From Eledone cirrhosa (Eukaryota), in the NCBI GenBank assembly GCA_964016885.1, contig OZ024745.1, positions 55,862,001 through 55,926,000 of the forward strand: a stretch of DNA of 64,000 bases, given 5' to 3'. The notes under the pieces are model-generated. The model did no database searches and had not been told where the DNA came from. It worked only from the letters and a program-made list of their open reading frames with translations. Within the stretch, counting starts at the first letter, position 1; the number at the start of each line of letters is the position of its first letter. A program made the translations under genes and the position numbers. Positions 24,537 to 38,225 of the stretch are shown in pieces.

Positions 24537-25046
24537 AAAATCACCAGCTCAAACCGGACGAGAATAAATCCAGGATGCAGTTGCAGGAAGCCGGACGAAT
24601 GCCCATTGCAGGGTAGATGTAACACTAAATCTGTCGTTTATGAGGCTACGATAACACCAGTAATCAACAACCAGCCAGCCAGGAGTGAGCGATATGTCGG
24701 TATGACCCAGGACAGGTTTAAAACCAGATTTTACTCACATGTCGCTTCTTTTAAGCACTCCGATAAACGAACATCAACGGCCCTCGCAAGTAAGGTGTGG
24801 GAACTCAAGGATAGTAACATCCCGTACTCTATTGATTGGTCTATATTAGACCATTCGAGGGAGTACCAAAGGGGCACAAAGAATTGTTCTTTGTGTACCA
24901 CAGAAAAGTATAGGATTTTGCTAAACTTGAGAGACACTTCCGCTTGCCTTAATTCAAAGACTGAGATCTTCACATGCTGTCCTCATCTGAGACCGCACCT
25001 GATCTGTAACTGGATTGACACTCCTATGAGAAATCAACCGCCTTGA
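24537..25046 (+). CDS. GIY-YIG endonuclease domain of a Naiad-type PLE (5'-truncated, open frame)
   Basis: CSCRKPDECPLQGRC, VVYEA...YVGMT..RFKTRFYSH..SF, WSIL, CSLCTTEK, LNSKTEIFTCCPH. Confidence 0.9.
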   Translation, partial: KITSSNRTRINPGCSCRKPDECPLQGRCNTKSVVYEATITPVINNQPARSERYVGMTQDRFKTRFYSHVASFKHSDKRTSTALASKVWELKDSNIPYSIDWSILDHSREYQRGTKNCSLCTTEKYRILLNLRDTSACLNSKTEIFTCCPHLRPHLICNWIDTPMRNQPP

Positions 25047-25250
25047 ACTCCTTCACCCGCTCTTTACTTCTGCTACGGTTTTTATTTTACTGTTTCTACG
25101 TTCTGTACTCTTGTATACCTACATTTATTATATATTTTGTTCTCCCTTACCTCCCCTTATATTTTACCTTCTCCTATGCGGCCCCCACATATATTCTTTT
25201 TGCCTTGCCCTCCACATACCTATGTGTATGTGTGTGTATATTTGTGTTTA

Positions 25251-25297
<47 letters not shown>

Positions 25298-25443
25298 GTA
25301 TATATATATAGATATGTGTGTGTATGTGTGCATGTATATATGTTTATACGTATGTGTGTGTGTGCCTGTGTGTATGTATTTATATATGTATGTATTTGTG
25401 TGTGTGTGTGTATATGTGGATGTGTGGATAAGCCAGGTTTCTC

Positions 25444-25502
25444 TCATCCTGAAGATTGTAGGACATTTTTTTTTGCTTTTAAGAAACCCTTGGTAAATGG
25501 AA
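25444..25502 (+). ncRNA. Hammerhead ribozyme motif (first of a tandem pair)
   Basis: CTGAAGA-ttgtagg...gcttttaa-GAAA-cccttgg-TA-aatgg. Confidence 0.65.
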
Positions 25503-25758
25503 TAATTGCCTTATGTTGCTTTAATACTTTACTACTATATATACGTATATGTAAGGTCCTTATGATTTATCTAAGATTGAGTTTTACATACACACACGCA
25601 TATACGTGTGTGTATGCGTATGCATGTGTGTGGGCGTGGTTGTGTATGTGTGTATATGTGTATAGGCATGTATATGTATATGTGCATATATATATATGTA
25701 TATGTGTGTGTGTATATATGTGTGTGTGTACATATGTGCGTGTGTATATATTGATAAT

Positions 25759-25830
<72 letters not shown>

Positions 25831-26260
25831 TGTGTGTGTGTGTGTGTTTGTGTTCTGTTGTGCGTGTTTATGATATATACGTATTTGTATGTGTATAATT
25901 GTTTAGCTATGTATGTATATGTGTGTGTATGTGTACGTGTGTATATATATGTGTGTGTGTACGTTTGTATTTATGTAATTATATGTATGCTTATGTATGC
26001 ATATATGTGTGTGTGTGCATATAGTTGTATACACATGTGTGTGTGTATAGATTGTACACTTGTGCGTGGTTATGCATGTATGCGTATGTATGCGGTTATG
26101 TATTTGTATTTGAAAATTTTTTTTTATGTGTGAGAGTGTGTGAATGCGTTGACTACTTCGTGCGTATGTATATGTGCTTTTGTGTGTGTGTATGTGTGTG
26201 TATATATGCATGTGTGTGTGTGTGTATGTGTGTGTGTGTGTGTATGTGTGTGTGTGTGTA

Positions 26261-26299
<39 letters not shown>

Positions 26300-26344
26300 G
26301 TATGCGTGTGTGTGTGTAGATATGTTTGTGTGTGTGTGTGTGTG

Positions 26345-26389
<45 letters not shown>

Positions 26390-26771
26390 ATGAATGTTTG
26401 TATATGTTTGTTCTTAGAGGAACAAAGGCAGACAGATTCCTGTATTCAGATTGGAGCCAATCCTTATCATTGGCTTTCTCTTTAGCTTACAGGTGTCTGT
26501 AAGATCAGCATGGGGTCAGTCATGGTAGATATATTTGGAGGAAGGGGAGATTCCTTAAAAGCTAAATTCTTAAAGGTTCTAGTATATTGACGAAGGTTTA
26601 GGGAATTCTGTGGACAATTTCTAAGTATAATCTATACAACTGTAGCCATAAATTCACGAGACACTTTCAACAGAACATACCCTGCGCGTATGCGCGCATG
26701 CACGCACACACATGTGTATGGGGGAAATATGTTTATATTTGTATACGCGTGCGTGCGTGCGCGCATACACA

Positions 26772-26844
<73 letters not shown>

Positions 26845-26983
26845 TTTCGTGTATGTGTGGTTGTATGGGTAGTCTTATTTTGTTTTTATTTTTTCCTTTC
26901 CTCCTTCCTTCTCCAGCCTCACTTTCATATAGCTTGCTTTTTTTGTTTTTAATATCCAAATTCAATAAACAAACCAGGATTTT

Positions 26984-27042
26984 TTCGTTCTGAGGATTGA
27001 AAGCAAAACCTTTTGCTTTTAAGAAGCCACTGGTAAATGGAA
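26984..27042 (+). ncRNA. Hammerhead ribozyme motif (GAAA mutated to GAAG)
   Basis: Identical to the 23588-23646 motif except for gaag at 27023-27026. Confidence 0.7.
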
Positions 27043-27137
27043 TAATTGCCTTATGTTGTTTATTGCATAATAATAATTAAGCTCTGTTGCTTACATAGAG
27101 CACTCTTTTTTCCTGGACTTTTCCGACGGAACTACTT

Positions 27138-27219
<82 letters not shown>

Positions 27220-27364
27220 GCTAATTATTGCAAAACATATGCAAAACATATGCAAACAGATATATATATATATGAAAAAAGTAAACCTAAAGCAAGTAGA
27301 TTGAAATATCAGAGAGAGAAAGAGAGACGGAAGGGGTGCAAAATTAGGTGCACCAGAAATGAAA

Positions 27365-27757
27365 CATGGTTTACAGGTTAAAATATAGTCTAGATAGATG
27401 AGAAACAAAACAAGGATGTTGTTTATGGAAGACCCAAATGAATTAGAAGTCGACGTTAAGTAGGAGCAATAACATAAAGAAAAAAGATGAACGAGAGCAC
27501 ATGATTTTGTTTTGAAAATTTTGAAAATAGGTTTATAAAAAACTGAAAAGGTTTACCAGGAAACCGACTACGGATCAGGATCGAACCTCAGACCAAGATC
27601 GCCACCGTTTATGCCGCCGAAACTATGCCGCCGAAACACCTACAAAAGTACAGTGAAAATTAATAATTATAAACAGACTTTCAAACTTGTGGCTCTTATT
27701 ATTCCTGTGTGTTTAACTGTTGAATTAATTTAATTTGATAATTTAACAAACAAACAA
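27365..27757. mobile_element. Second, internally deleted copy of the tRNA-like module repeat
   Basis: Direct similarity to 22850-23476. Minus strand has B-box ggttcgatcc. Confidence 0.6.
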
Positions 27758-28127
27758 TATATATAAAGTGGTGGACTCGCCAGGTTGCCCAATTATAGCA
27801 GGAGCCCATAGTAGCATTGCAGGGCCAATTGTAGTATTTTAGGGGCCAACGCTTTGCTTTCAAAAAATACCTGAAGTCTAAAAGATAGAATAAATATTTT
27901 TTAAAAATAAATAAAACAATTAAGCAAAGCATTTGGTTAACCAATTGCCCAAGGAGTTAATTGAAACAAAAATATATGATAGTGCAGACAGCTGGAATCA
28001 GTGCTTCTATATTCTACTAAATATAAAGATTAGTGTATTCATTCATGCATGCACACATACATATGTAGACACACACTCACAAGCATATTTATATACATAC
28101 TTACACGTACACACTAACTACTGACAA

Positions 28128-28320
28128 AATAATTATTTCTACTTTTTGGCACAAGGCCAGCAATTACCCAGTACATTACTGGTACTTTATTTTATCGACC
28201 CCGTAAGGATGAAAGGCAAAGTTAACCTCGGCGGGATTTGAACTCAGAATGACAAGGGCCGTAACTCTATGCGTCGAAGCATGGCGTCCGACCCTCTACC
28301 AATACTGCCAATCCACCGCC
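28128..28320 (-). mobile_element. Full-length tRNA-derived SINE
   Basis: Family match. TSD ctgacaaaa(a)taat on both sides. Confidence 0.9.
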
Positions 28321-28592
28321 TGACAAAAATAATGTTTGGTATCTGTCAATCGATCAGAAGTGAAGATATATATAGGAGTGCGTGTATATGTGTGGATGTA
28401 TATGTGTATAAAAGATTTATGTATATGCACACATACCATGTTTTTAACTTGTGCAAACATGCCATGTCCATTTTGTCCCTAGGGATTTTTGCACAAGTTA
28501 AAATCATGGTATGTGTGCATATACATAAATCTTTATATACACATGTAGATCCAAACATATACACGCACTCCTATATATATATATATATATAT

Positions 28593-29877
28593 AAAGAATT
28601 CGTGATAGAGGGACTCAAATTTATCTTGGAGAACAATTACTTCGTTTTCAATAACAAACCCTACAGGCAGAAATCTGGGACCGCTATGGGAACGAAAACA
28701 GTCCCCACTTATGCCAACCTAGTCATGGGATACCTGGAAATCACCCTCTACACTAAAGTCCTAAACACATTTGGAAACACTCTCCACTTACACATAGAAA
28801 GGAACTGGAAGCGATATCTAAATGACTGCTTCATCCTTTGGCACGAAAACATCGAGAAACTTAAAGAATTTCACACCATTATAAATGGGCTCAACACGAA
28901 TATTAACTTCACGATGGAATACAGCCATCAACAACTCCCCTTCCTCGACATCTTCATTAAGATCCATAACAAAAAAAATAGAAACAGACATATACTACAA
29001 GCCCACAGACTCCAAGCAATATCTTCCTTTCAACTCTTGCCACCCTAGACACGTTAAAATTAATATTCCCTACAACTTAGCCAAGAGAATCTGTACTATA
29101 GTTTCCAATAAAAACACCTGCTACTTACGGCTACAAGAACTAAAGGACACACTCATAGGCAGGGACTACCCTGCATCACTAATTGACAATGGAATCCAAT
29201 GTGCCCTAAAACTCAGTACCCAGGACCTTAGACACCCTAAAGTAAATCAACCTAAACTAAAAGCTCTTCCATACATCTCCACACACAACCTCTCAACATT
29301 GAGGCCTTTGACACCGTCCTCCAGAACATCCCTGTGTTGAAAAAGGACCATAGAATGAACCAAATCCTACGAACACACGATATCATAAAGAGCAAAAGAC
29401 AATCTAAGTCAATGAAAAACATCCTAACACATGCCTAAGTACTGCCAACCACAACAACGAAACCCACAGTAAAAAAAATGCGATAGACCCAACTGTGGCA
29501 TATGCATCAACCTAATAGAGGGTTCGGAATTCTATTTCAAAGAAGGACAACGTTTTATAGTAAAACACAATTTCACATGCGCATCAGCAAATCTAATATA
29601 TGTATTAACTTGCTCAGGTTGTCGAGAACAATACAAAGGCCAGACCAAAAACAGCCTCCGCCAACGCATGACTGTCCATAGATCCCAAATTAAAATACGG
29701 GAATACAGGAAAATACCACTGAGTGAATAGATTAATACCAGTGCCACCCAAAATCATCCCAACTTCAGAATCTTTCCCCTCTACAAATTTAAAGATAATG
29801 CCACCCACACAGAGCGCATCAGCAAGGAATCTTACTTTATTAACAAATACGGACCCCGTCTAAACACTTCTCCCTAA
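28593..29877 (+). pseudogene. Neptune-type PLE ORF: RT C-terminal half, Cys linker and GIY-YIG (frameshifted)
   Basis: YRQKSGTAMGTKTVPTYANL, WKRYLNDCF, LPFLD, TDIYYKPT...SCHP, CDRPNCGIC, NLIYVLTCSGCREQYKGQT...RQRM..H...E..FI...P.LN. Starts at a (TA)n tract. Confidence 0.92.
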
Positions 29878-30377
29878 GACGAACCCACAACATACACACG
29901 TCAGCATATATACCTACATAAGCATACATCTCTATCCACATATAAACACACAGGTTCTATGGTGCAACACAAATATACACAAATTTGCATACCTTTTGAT
30001 GTCTATAGATATAAACGTGCCGACACACACACATACATAAACGCACACATGCATTGCACACTGATGGGTACATACATATTTGTGCACAAGTATTCCAATA
30101 CGGCAAGGCCTAATGGATTCCCCTTGCAGTACGTACAATCTGGACACTCACACACACCTTGGTATTATGCCAATACTATATATCATTTCAAACCTTTTAT
30201 TATTAAGGTTTTTGATGTTGTATTGAGAGAATCGTTATAATGAAAATATCGAATAATGTACACCATTTTACCAGTATCACAAAAATAGTGGTCCACCCAC
30301 ACACACACACATTCTCTCTCACACACACACATATATACACACACACATACACACGCGTACATTAACATACAAAGAGA

Positions 30378-30414
<37 letters not shown>

Positions 30415-30523
30415 TTCTCCGTATAAGACAAGAGCTGAAAAATATCTTTTAACATGTTAAAATATCCCCCACACACTTACAGACACATTCCTACTGACCA
30501 TCCCTCTACCACGAATTACTCTG

Positions 30524-30604
<81 letters not shown>

Positions 30605-31161
30605 TCTTAATAGGCATTTGGACTGTCAACAGGCTGCGGTTCGCACACACATCCCTGCTGACCATTATCACAACAACGAACCTCTTTACTACTACTACTA
30701 CACACACACATGCACATATTTGTTTTGAAAGACTTATTTTTCAGTGACTTCTCAATCAGCCGACACAAACCTACATTTGGCGCAAAATCAATTTTTAACA
30801 TTCACATGACCTCTACCGACCAATCAAAATTGTTTTGACCACAAGAATTTTTGCAACACGAATTGGCGCGAAACTTATTTTAATACCTCTGGAGCCACTT
30901 TTTTCACATAAAAACAGGTAGAATTTCCAAAACTAATCAGATTAGAGCAAACATCACGGACGCTCTATCTCAAAATTATTTTTGAAAAGCATTAGAAATG
31001 CGCAACCGGTAAAACTTAAAACCAAAACTGAATACTAACCAATACTATTACTAATTTTCACTTATTCCTAATTAAACTATTTTTTACTGTGAACAATTTG
31101 TCAGCATTTTCTATTCCGTTTACCAATATATCATAACTCGTGTGTTACACCTCTATTCTTT

Positions 31162-31300
<139 letters not shown>

Positions 31301-31529
31301 GTGTGTGTTTGTGTGTATGTATGCATATTTGTGTGTGTGTATGTATGCATATTTGTGTGTGTGTATGTATGCATATTTGTGTGTGTGTATGCATGTGTGT
31401 GTATGCATATATATATATATATATATATATTGAGTAAGTCAGTGTAAAAGGCCAAAGCTCATTGTTGAAAGTCTCTGGTTTTCGCAAAATACATCATATT
31501 TTTATTGGTGAAGGTAAGATATTTTTGTG

Positions 31530-32154
31530 CAAAAATTTGATTGCACTGTTTTGTTTCCACTTATATACTTTTTTTAGAAGCTACATTAATAACGGAAACT
31601 GGAGCTCCTACACACGACTAGACGACATGATATGGAGCCTTCACATCATTTTTACATCGGTGCACAGAATATTGAAATCATACTTCGAAACACTTGCTTT
31701 GATTCTCCATTATATGTATTATAAGTTGTCTAACTTCTATCTCAATATTATACCACCAGTTCTCGTATTGATGCAGATGAAACTAGTAATTAGTTGACAT
31801 ATCGGTCAAATAAAGTATATGCCTGCCGATGATCCACCATATGGATTTGGATGGTAGTAATCTATTTATATGTTCTACATTATTATACTGATACTTAATT
31901 CATCGGCTCTTTAAAATGACTGGCAATGTTGATCTTCATGGCATTTCAATGCGGAACGATAGTTATAACTAATTAACGCCATAGTGTTGCAATCCCCAAC
32001 ATATTATTCTACATTTACCATATTATCATATGCTCATTTCTCTCTCTCTATCTCTCTATCTCTCTATCTCTCTATCTCTCTATCTCTCTCCATCTCTCTC
32101 TCTCACACTCTCACTCGCTCACTCTCTCTCTCTCTCTCTCACTCACACACACAT

Positions 32155-32237
<83 letters not shown>

Positions 32238-34510
32238 CGCTCTCTGTATTCTTATGCGTATATAAAACCTTTCATCCTTTACATAATAATACAAGTGTAC
32301 TTTAATATGCCGGTATTGTTTATTATGCCGGTATAGCAATCTAAATAGTCTTTGAATATCACTTTTGATTTTGAATTTACAATCCACATCACTTAATTAT
32401 ATAAGTTTTATTAGGTTTCATGCAAATATAACTATTCAAAATGCTTTAGTTTCAGGGTTTTCATTGCAAGCATATGGCTTGTTTCCAGCAGGTAACGAAA
32501 GTGTTTGCCTAAATTAACGTCTAAAGAATTGTTAATATTCAATTGATTAATATATTACAAACTAAACGTGATTAACGTTTCCTTCAACCAGTTCCTACAA
32601 TATATTTAGACTAAATTCCGGTCACGCTCTAATATCCTGTAACTTACTAGATGGAGAGCGTCTCATTTTCGATTAGCACATACAATCATCACTCGTCAAA
32701 TCATGGGTTATTTGTCTTGGCTAACCAAATAATGTAGGATGCACTTAAATTATCCAAGCCTGATCATGTCGAAACATATCTGACAAATTAACAGGAGCTG
32801 AAACTATGGTGTTTTGAATTTCAAATCTGTTTTAAATCTCAACAATTATTCTTTCCCTGCTAGTTGCTATTACTTCCATTAATAAGTTCTAAAAGGTTTC
32901 AATTCCTTTGGATTTTTTTATACAGACATTGATTGCTTTTTCAATACATATATTTTCAGTTTTGTATAAATATCAACCGTCTCCTATTTCATTTATTATG
33001 TCATCATCTGATGGTGAACGTCACAAACAACTTAATTTCAGCCTTGCCCAGCAAATTATTACAAGACCCACCCTGCTGCTTTTTTACTTGTATACACGCA
33101 ATAATTAGATATTGAGCTGTTAATAATTGTAACTATTTCTTCCTTCATTAAACCTGTTCACAGTGTAATTACGGTCATTTTTTATTTCATATTACTTAAA
33201 CAAAATTCCAGAAAGGCTTATATGCTGACACCTTCTCCAGTGTTGACAATTTGCAGGAACACGTCATAAGAAATATATATGAATTGTATCAGGCCGACAA
33301 AGAATCATATACTAAGTGAAACCCATAGCGTATTATATTGTTTAGTAGTAAATATAAATTCGATTACATTTGCAAAGATATATAATTAATTCTTCTGAAA
33401 TACTCATGAATTTCCCGCCATATATATGTTGTTCTATTTCCCTTACAAAGCTTCCAAATCCTGCGGTATGTCTACGTGGAAGCACCGGAGCAGAATGTGC
33501 TACTCCTTCTAAAACTTGCTGTATACAACTGGATTTTATTAATGAAAGTTCAATAATGCTTTTCTCGACGTTGTTATTTGCAATAATATAGACTTTTGTT
33601 AAAACTCATAAAGTTGAATGCCTATTTGTCACTCGGAGCATTTATATCGAAATGCTATAAGCTTGTGAAGTATTTCATTATCTGGCCAGTATCTTGAGCG
33701 ACACGGTGTAGCTTTGTCACTATTTAGCGGCGTCCATTTGGAAGACTGATATAGTTCTGAATTCCAAAATATTTGTATATAAATGTTCTCATGTTGCACA
33801 GTTATCATGTTCCATTGCATACTTTTCCAAGTCTAGTTCATTGACAATTTCATGTTTTTAGTGGAGTTTGACTGTAGCCGTAATCATTATGTAAACTCTT
33901 CCATATGTTTGCATTTCCCTTCTAGTTACAATACGTTCGTTGCACATGATGTTCAAAAGTTAAAGACACTAAATACAGGCAGCAACGATGGTCGCGGTAC
34001 ATCCTCATCGCCATTATCATACAAGTGAGGTTGATTATGAGGTGTTGATCTACGAAACATGATACTTAATATCTTCAAAATACTTTAGGTAATTTCCATC
34101 TTGTGAAACAATATTACCTGGTTTCTGGTTACTTGCAATAAATCCAGTCTGCTTTTTACTTATGTGAATTATAATTGTTTCATATTAACACTCGGCTACG
34201 CAATGAAACAAACTATATTTCATGATCACCAAACAGGATTCATACAACATTCCCGACTTCGCACTAGGCGCCCTAAAATAACAATAACTGAAACTGATAC
34301 TGATTTTTGAGATATCGTACCCATTAAGATATCGTACCCATTTAAGATATTGTACCAGTGGAAAAGCACAGCTGTTCTTGCAGTCGGTGGAAAGGTGTTT
34401 GAAATGGATTTCACATAAATGAGAAGACGGAATATAGTGCTTACAACCAGAAGGATATGGTGTCACACAATTGAAGTTAACTAAAATAGCGTTGATGAGT
34501 TTATGCATTT
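31530..34510 (-). pseudogene. Long relic coding block (~3 kb, split by a (CT)n tract), candidate endogenous viral gene(s)
   Basis: Segments KQTGFIASNQKPGNIVSQDGNYLKYFEDIKYH; FRRSTPHNQPHLYDNGDEDVPRPSLLPVFSVFNF; VLEGVAHSAPVLPRRHTAGFGSFVREIEQHIYGGKF; APVNLSDMFRHDQAWII*VHPTLFG. Confidence 0.45.
32040..32234. repeat. (CT)n microsatellite
   Basis: Direct reading. Confidence 0.98.
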
Positions 34511-34539
34511 GTATTGATCAACATCTCAGAAAGAGACAT

Positions 34540-35060
34540 GATCAGTACAAATAACTAATCCTGAAACAGTTGCAAATATAATGGATTTCTTTAGGATTCA
34601 ATCTTGAAATGCATACAAACGTTTAAGGTATGTTGATTAACAGATAAAAGTGTGCTTGTGTATAGCTGCACACTGACAAAAGAGATAGAAAGACGGTTAG
34701 ATGGCACATATACAAGACAAGTGAAGAAAGTGAAAAATTTATCTTTGGAGTAAACAGAAAAAACGAGTTTCTATACGGCGAACTTAGCCCGATCATTCAT
34801 GTCATAAAGGCTCATTTTCATAAGTCATTTTCATTTTCATAAGTCACGTATGATGAAGAGATATAGCAGATGCACTACACCAGTTACTGCTGTAAGAACC
34901 CACACATGGTAGAAGAACAAGAGGTCAGCCTCGTGCTACTTTTCTGGAGTGAATCTTAGAAAACGAGAACATGCGGAAGCCGTGCTGGATAGGGACAAAG
35001 GGAGAAACATAATTATCAACGTTGTCCGAGGAAATTCGACATAGTGATGATGATAAGGAA
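34540..35060 (+). mobile_element. RTE LINE 3' fragment
   Basis: SVLVYSCTLTKEIERRLDGTYTRQ...LYGEL...EPTHGRRTRGQPRATF...AVLDRDK, with a (TGA)n tail. Confidence 0.8.
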
Positions 35061-35773
35061 GATATGCATGACAGTGTGCATGTGTATATATGTGCGTTTG
35101 TGTGTGTTCAATTATAAAACATAGAAACATATAATACACGTGACCATTTCGACGGCTGTGTTTGCTTCATTTTCTGTTTTGTCCAGGAGATTATGAAATT
35201 CAAGATATTATTGAATTGCAGTATTTTAATATTCCAATGAAATTATGGTATTTTATTCATATATATTATTATCTAAAACTGATACATCTATTATATATGT
35301 TCACTAGAGAAGATTTATTGTTTGGGTTATTATGTCATCACGTGAAATATAATCATTATATGATTAGTATTTCAATATGAATATTGTCGTCGATATTTTA
35401 ACAATTAACATCCGTTTTAATTCTCAAAGTAACAGCCTATATTTATTGAGGTTGTTGATTCCGAAATTCAGAAAGCTAATTCAGAAATTTCCCTTTTACA
35501 TAACAAAAACAAAAAAGAATAGGTTTTATATATTTCCATAATAATGAATCTTAAAACGGTTATTTAACTGACTCTAAATGTTATCATATAACATTAGCGT
35601 AGTTTCTAATATAAACATATATATAACGTTATGTGTGTATCATTACTTAACATTTCTAGAAAATATTTAAACAATTAATATGCATGTACGATTTAAAACT
35701 TCCTTGTAAATTTAGTCGCAACAATTAATGTAAATAAATTCACGAAGTATTATGATATTCGGGGAGTGTTAAA

Positions 35774-37345
35774 ATGGTATTTATTCATTTTGTTTTAATA
35801 CAGAAAACAAACGAAGAAAATAACTTATATGAAATATTAAACAGTTATTTTCTGAGTTGTTTCTATTATATATGTAGATTTTGCTAAATATTTCATAACG
35901 AGTTTCTAAAATATCAGCAAGATTCCAATCAGGGAAATTTCATTTCATTGAAGATGATCTCCTAGAGCATTCACTCTAGATGGAAATTCATAAAATGTAA
36001 TGTAAATACGCCCAAAATACCATAAATCACGAACCAATTTTTCGTCGGCATTTTAATAATTTAAGCTTTGCAATATTTCGTGTACATTACTAAAAAAATT
36101 ATAATTATTGTTTTTGTTTTCATTTTCGCAATGCATGAAATCTCGTCCCTTTTCAATATTTGAAAGGAAATAGCCATCAATCAATTATATTTGATCGATT
36201 ATTTTTCCTGTTATTCTAACCACTCAATTTCTTTATTTTCGAAGCTATTCTTGCAAAAACGATGCCTCTCAAAGGACAAAATATTGAAGATGGGATTGGA
36301 AAACTTATAAACTGCAAACATGGAAGCAAAAGCATAAAAATATAGTGATGATTTATTACACTTGTTCAAAATGAAATATGGTTTATTTATTTAATAGGAA
36401 GAAAATATCTTCTTTAAAAGTGCATTTTCATTCGTGATACTATATGATATGGTAAATACAGCGTTTGAGCAAACGGATTTCTAAGGTGTTTCAGTGAACA
36501 TTGAGAGTGGAAGACATCCACAATCTGTCTTGGTTCTATCTCAAATCAATTATTTGAGAAGAGATTCTGCAATGATCTCCGATATAGAAGTGAAGATTAA
36601 ATATGGCATATCCAAAGGTTATCACGACCGATATCCTAACGATTTATATGTAACTCGATTTTGACTTGAAGCATAAAATTGTTTTTAAGACAAAATTAGC
36701 ATGGATTGTAGAATGGGTGTGCAGATTAGAAGCATATCAGGAAAACAAAACCATAATGTAGTGATTTACGATTCATCATGTGTGCGGTAGATTTAATTTC
36801 AGAAAAAGGTGGTCTTAAATTCATCATCAATTTAAGCGATTACCCGTGTGATTAGATAGAGTAAAATCCAATTTAAAAACAACGAAATCGGCAAATTTTA
36901 TTTGATATAGAAGTGAAGCTATGTGGTTGCGCATATGGGAAGTTCGCTATTTAATTTAACTAAAGTACAGACATGATTCTATGGTAAAATTATTTGCGAA
37001 GCTCATATTAAAATTTATTTCAAATTAATGAAAATCTGCGGACATTCATAATTGCTTGAAATGAGATGTATTCCACATACTGGTTCACAGCAATGATGGT
37101 TTATGGTATATAATATTTAAATGCAGGTTTTTCACCAGAATAACGCAACTTAAGATTGATCTCATGCGTCGTAGGGAGGTTCAGGTTGCCGGTATGATTT
37201 CATTCTGAGATAATCCACAAGTTCAGAGAACGGCATTTTCTGAGTTTGGATCGATCTGAGGTACAGAATAGTTTGCTTTACTGGAAGGCGAATGGGAAAT
37301 ATATGGATGGCAGCATCGATAGAGCTTCGGACAAAATGCTTTGCT
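35774..37345 (+). pseudogene. Relic coding block, candidate endogenous viral gene(s)
   Basis: One frame is held over ~150 codons: KYSDDLLHLFKMKYGLFI**EENIFFKSAFSFVILYDMVNTAFEQTDF*GVSVNIESGRHPQSVLVLSQINYLRRDSAMISDIEVKIKYGISKGYHDRYPNDLYVTRF. Confidence 0.45.
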
Positions 37346-37505
37346 ACATGCAATTGCGCCCTTTACGTTCTGAGTTCGAACCCGCTTTGCTTTTCATCCT
37401 TACAGGGTGGATAAAATAAAGTGCCAGTAACGCACTAGGGTGGATTTAAACGATTTCCCCCTCCCTAAATATTATTGTCCTTCTCCCTAAACCAGAACCC
37501 ATTAT
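37340..37505 (+). mobile_element. tRNA-derived SINE (diverged)
   Basis: ctgagttcgaacccgc...ttcatccttacagggtggataaaataaagtgccagt. Confidence 0.75.
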
Positions 37506-37509
37506 ATTT

Positions 37510-37893
37510 TGTTATGCCGCAAAATATATTTATATACTCAGAATACTGTTGTTTATTGTTCTATTAACAAGAAATGTTATACAATACAAAGAATCGGAAC
37601 TAAGAAGCATAACATTGCATACTAGAGAGCAAATTATCACAAATCAGGTAGTTACAGATTACAGCGGTGGGTCAGCATCTAGAATAAACTATAGAGATAG
37701 ACACATAGTCTAGCTGACAACGTTACAACGTTCAGACATTCATTTCGCTTATAACGTGCGTAATGTGAAAGGTTAGACTTTACTGTTGCGTGTTTCCTGC
37801 CTCTAACTGAATATTCAAGAAACATTTGGAAATTGCAAACTTATCTGACAATAACTGGCACGAGTCTACTAAATCTCGATTTGCAACGTAACA
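37510..37893 (-). mobile_element. Possible solo LTR
   Basis: TGTTATG...CGTAACA inverted termini and AATAAA near the minus-strand 3' end. No clear TSD. Confidence 0.35.
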
Positions 37894-38069
37894 ATAATAT
37901 ATTTCTGTAATTTCTCTGTCTAGCGCTATCCCTCTCCCCTTCGCTCTCTCTCTCTGACAATATATCTTCCTGTGGTTTGCGAAAGCGACCCAGTGAGTTT
38001 ATTTATATATATATACAAAGGTAGATAGAGAATGTGTGGGGATGGTATATATATATATATATATATATA

Positions 38070-38101
38070 TACAGCTGCATAAAATTCAAAACTTAGATGT
38101 G

Positions 38102-38193
<92 letters not shown>

Positions 38194-38225
38194 CACATCT
38201 AAGTTTTGAATTGTATGCAGCTGTG
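38070..38225. repeat. Inverted repeat with a (TA)n spacer
   Basis: acagctgcataaaattcaaaacttagatgtgt-(TA)n-acacatctaagttttgaattgtatgcagctgt. Confidence 0.85.

Larger units (their letters stand above)
23563..27066 (+). mobile_element. Naiad-type PLE, 5'-truncated, with ~1-kb inverted pLTR
   Basis: 23563-24536 is the reverse complement of ~26078-27066. Between them lies the GIY-YIG coding fragment. Flanked by (TA)n on the left. Confidence 0.9.

Noticed and set aside
28269-28592. N-terminal part of the 259-aa ORF as real protein
   Set aside because: Fortuitous read-through of SINE and microsatellite sequence. RT homology starts only at ~28593.
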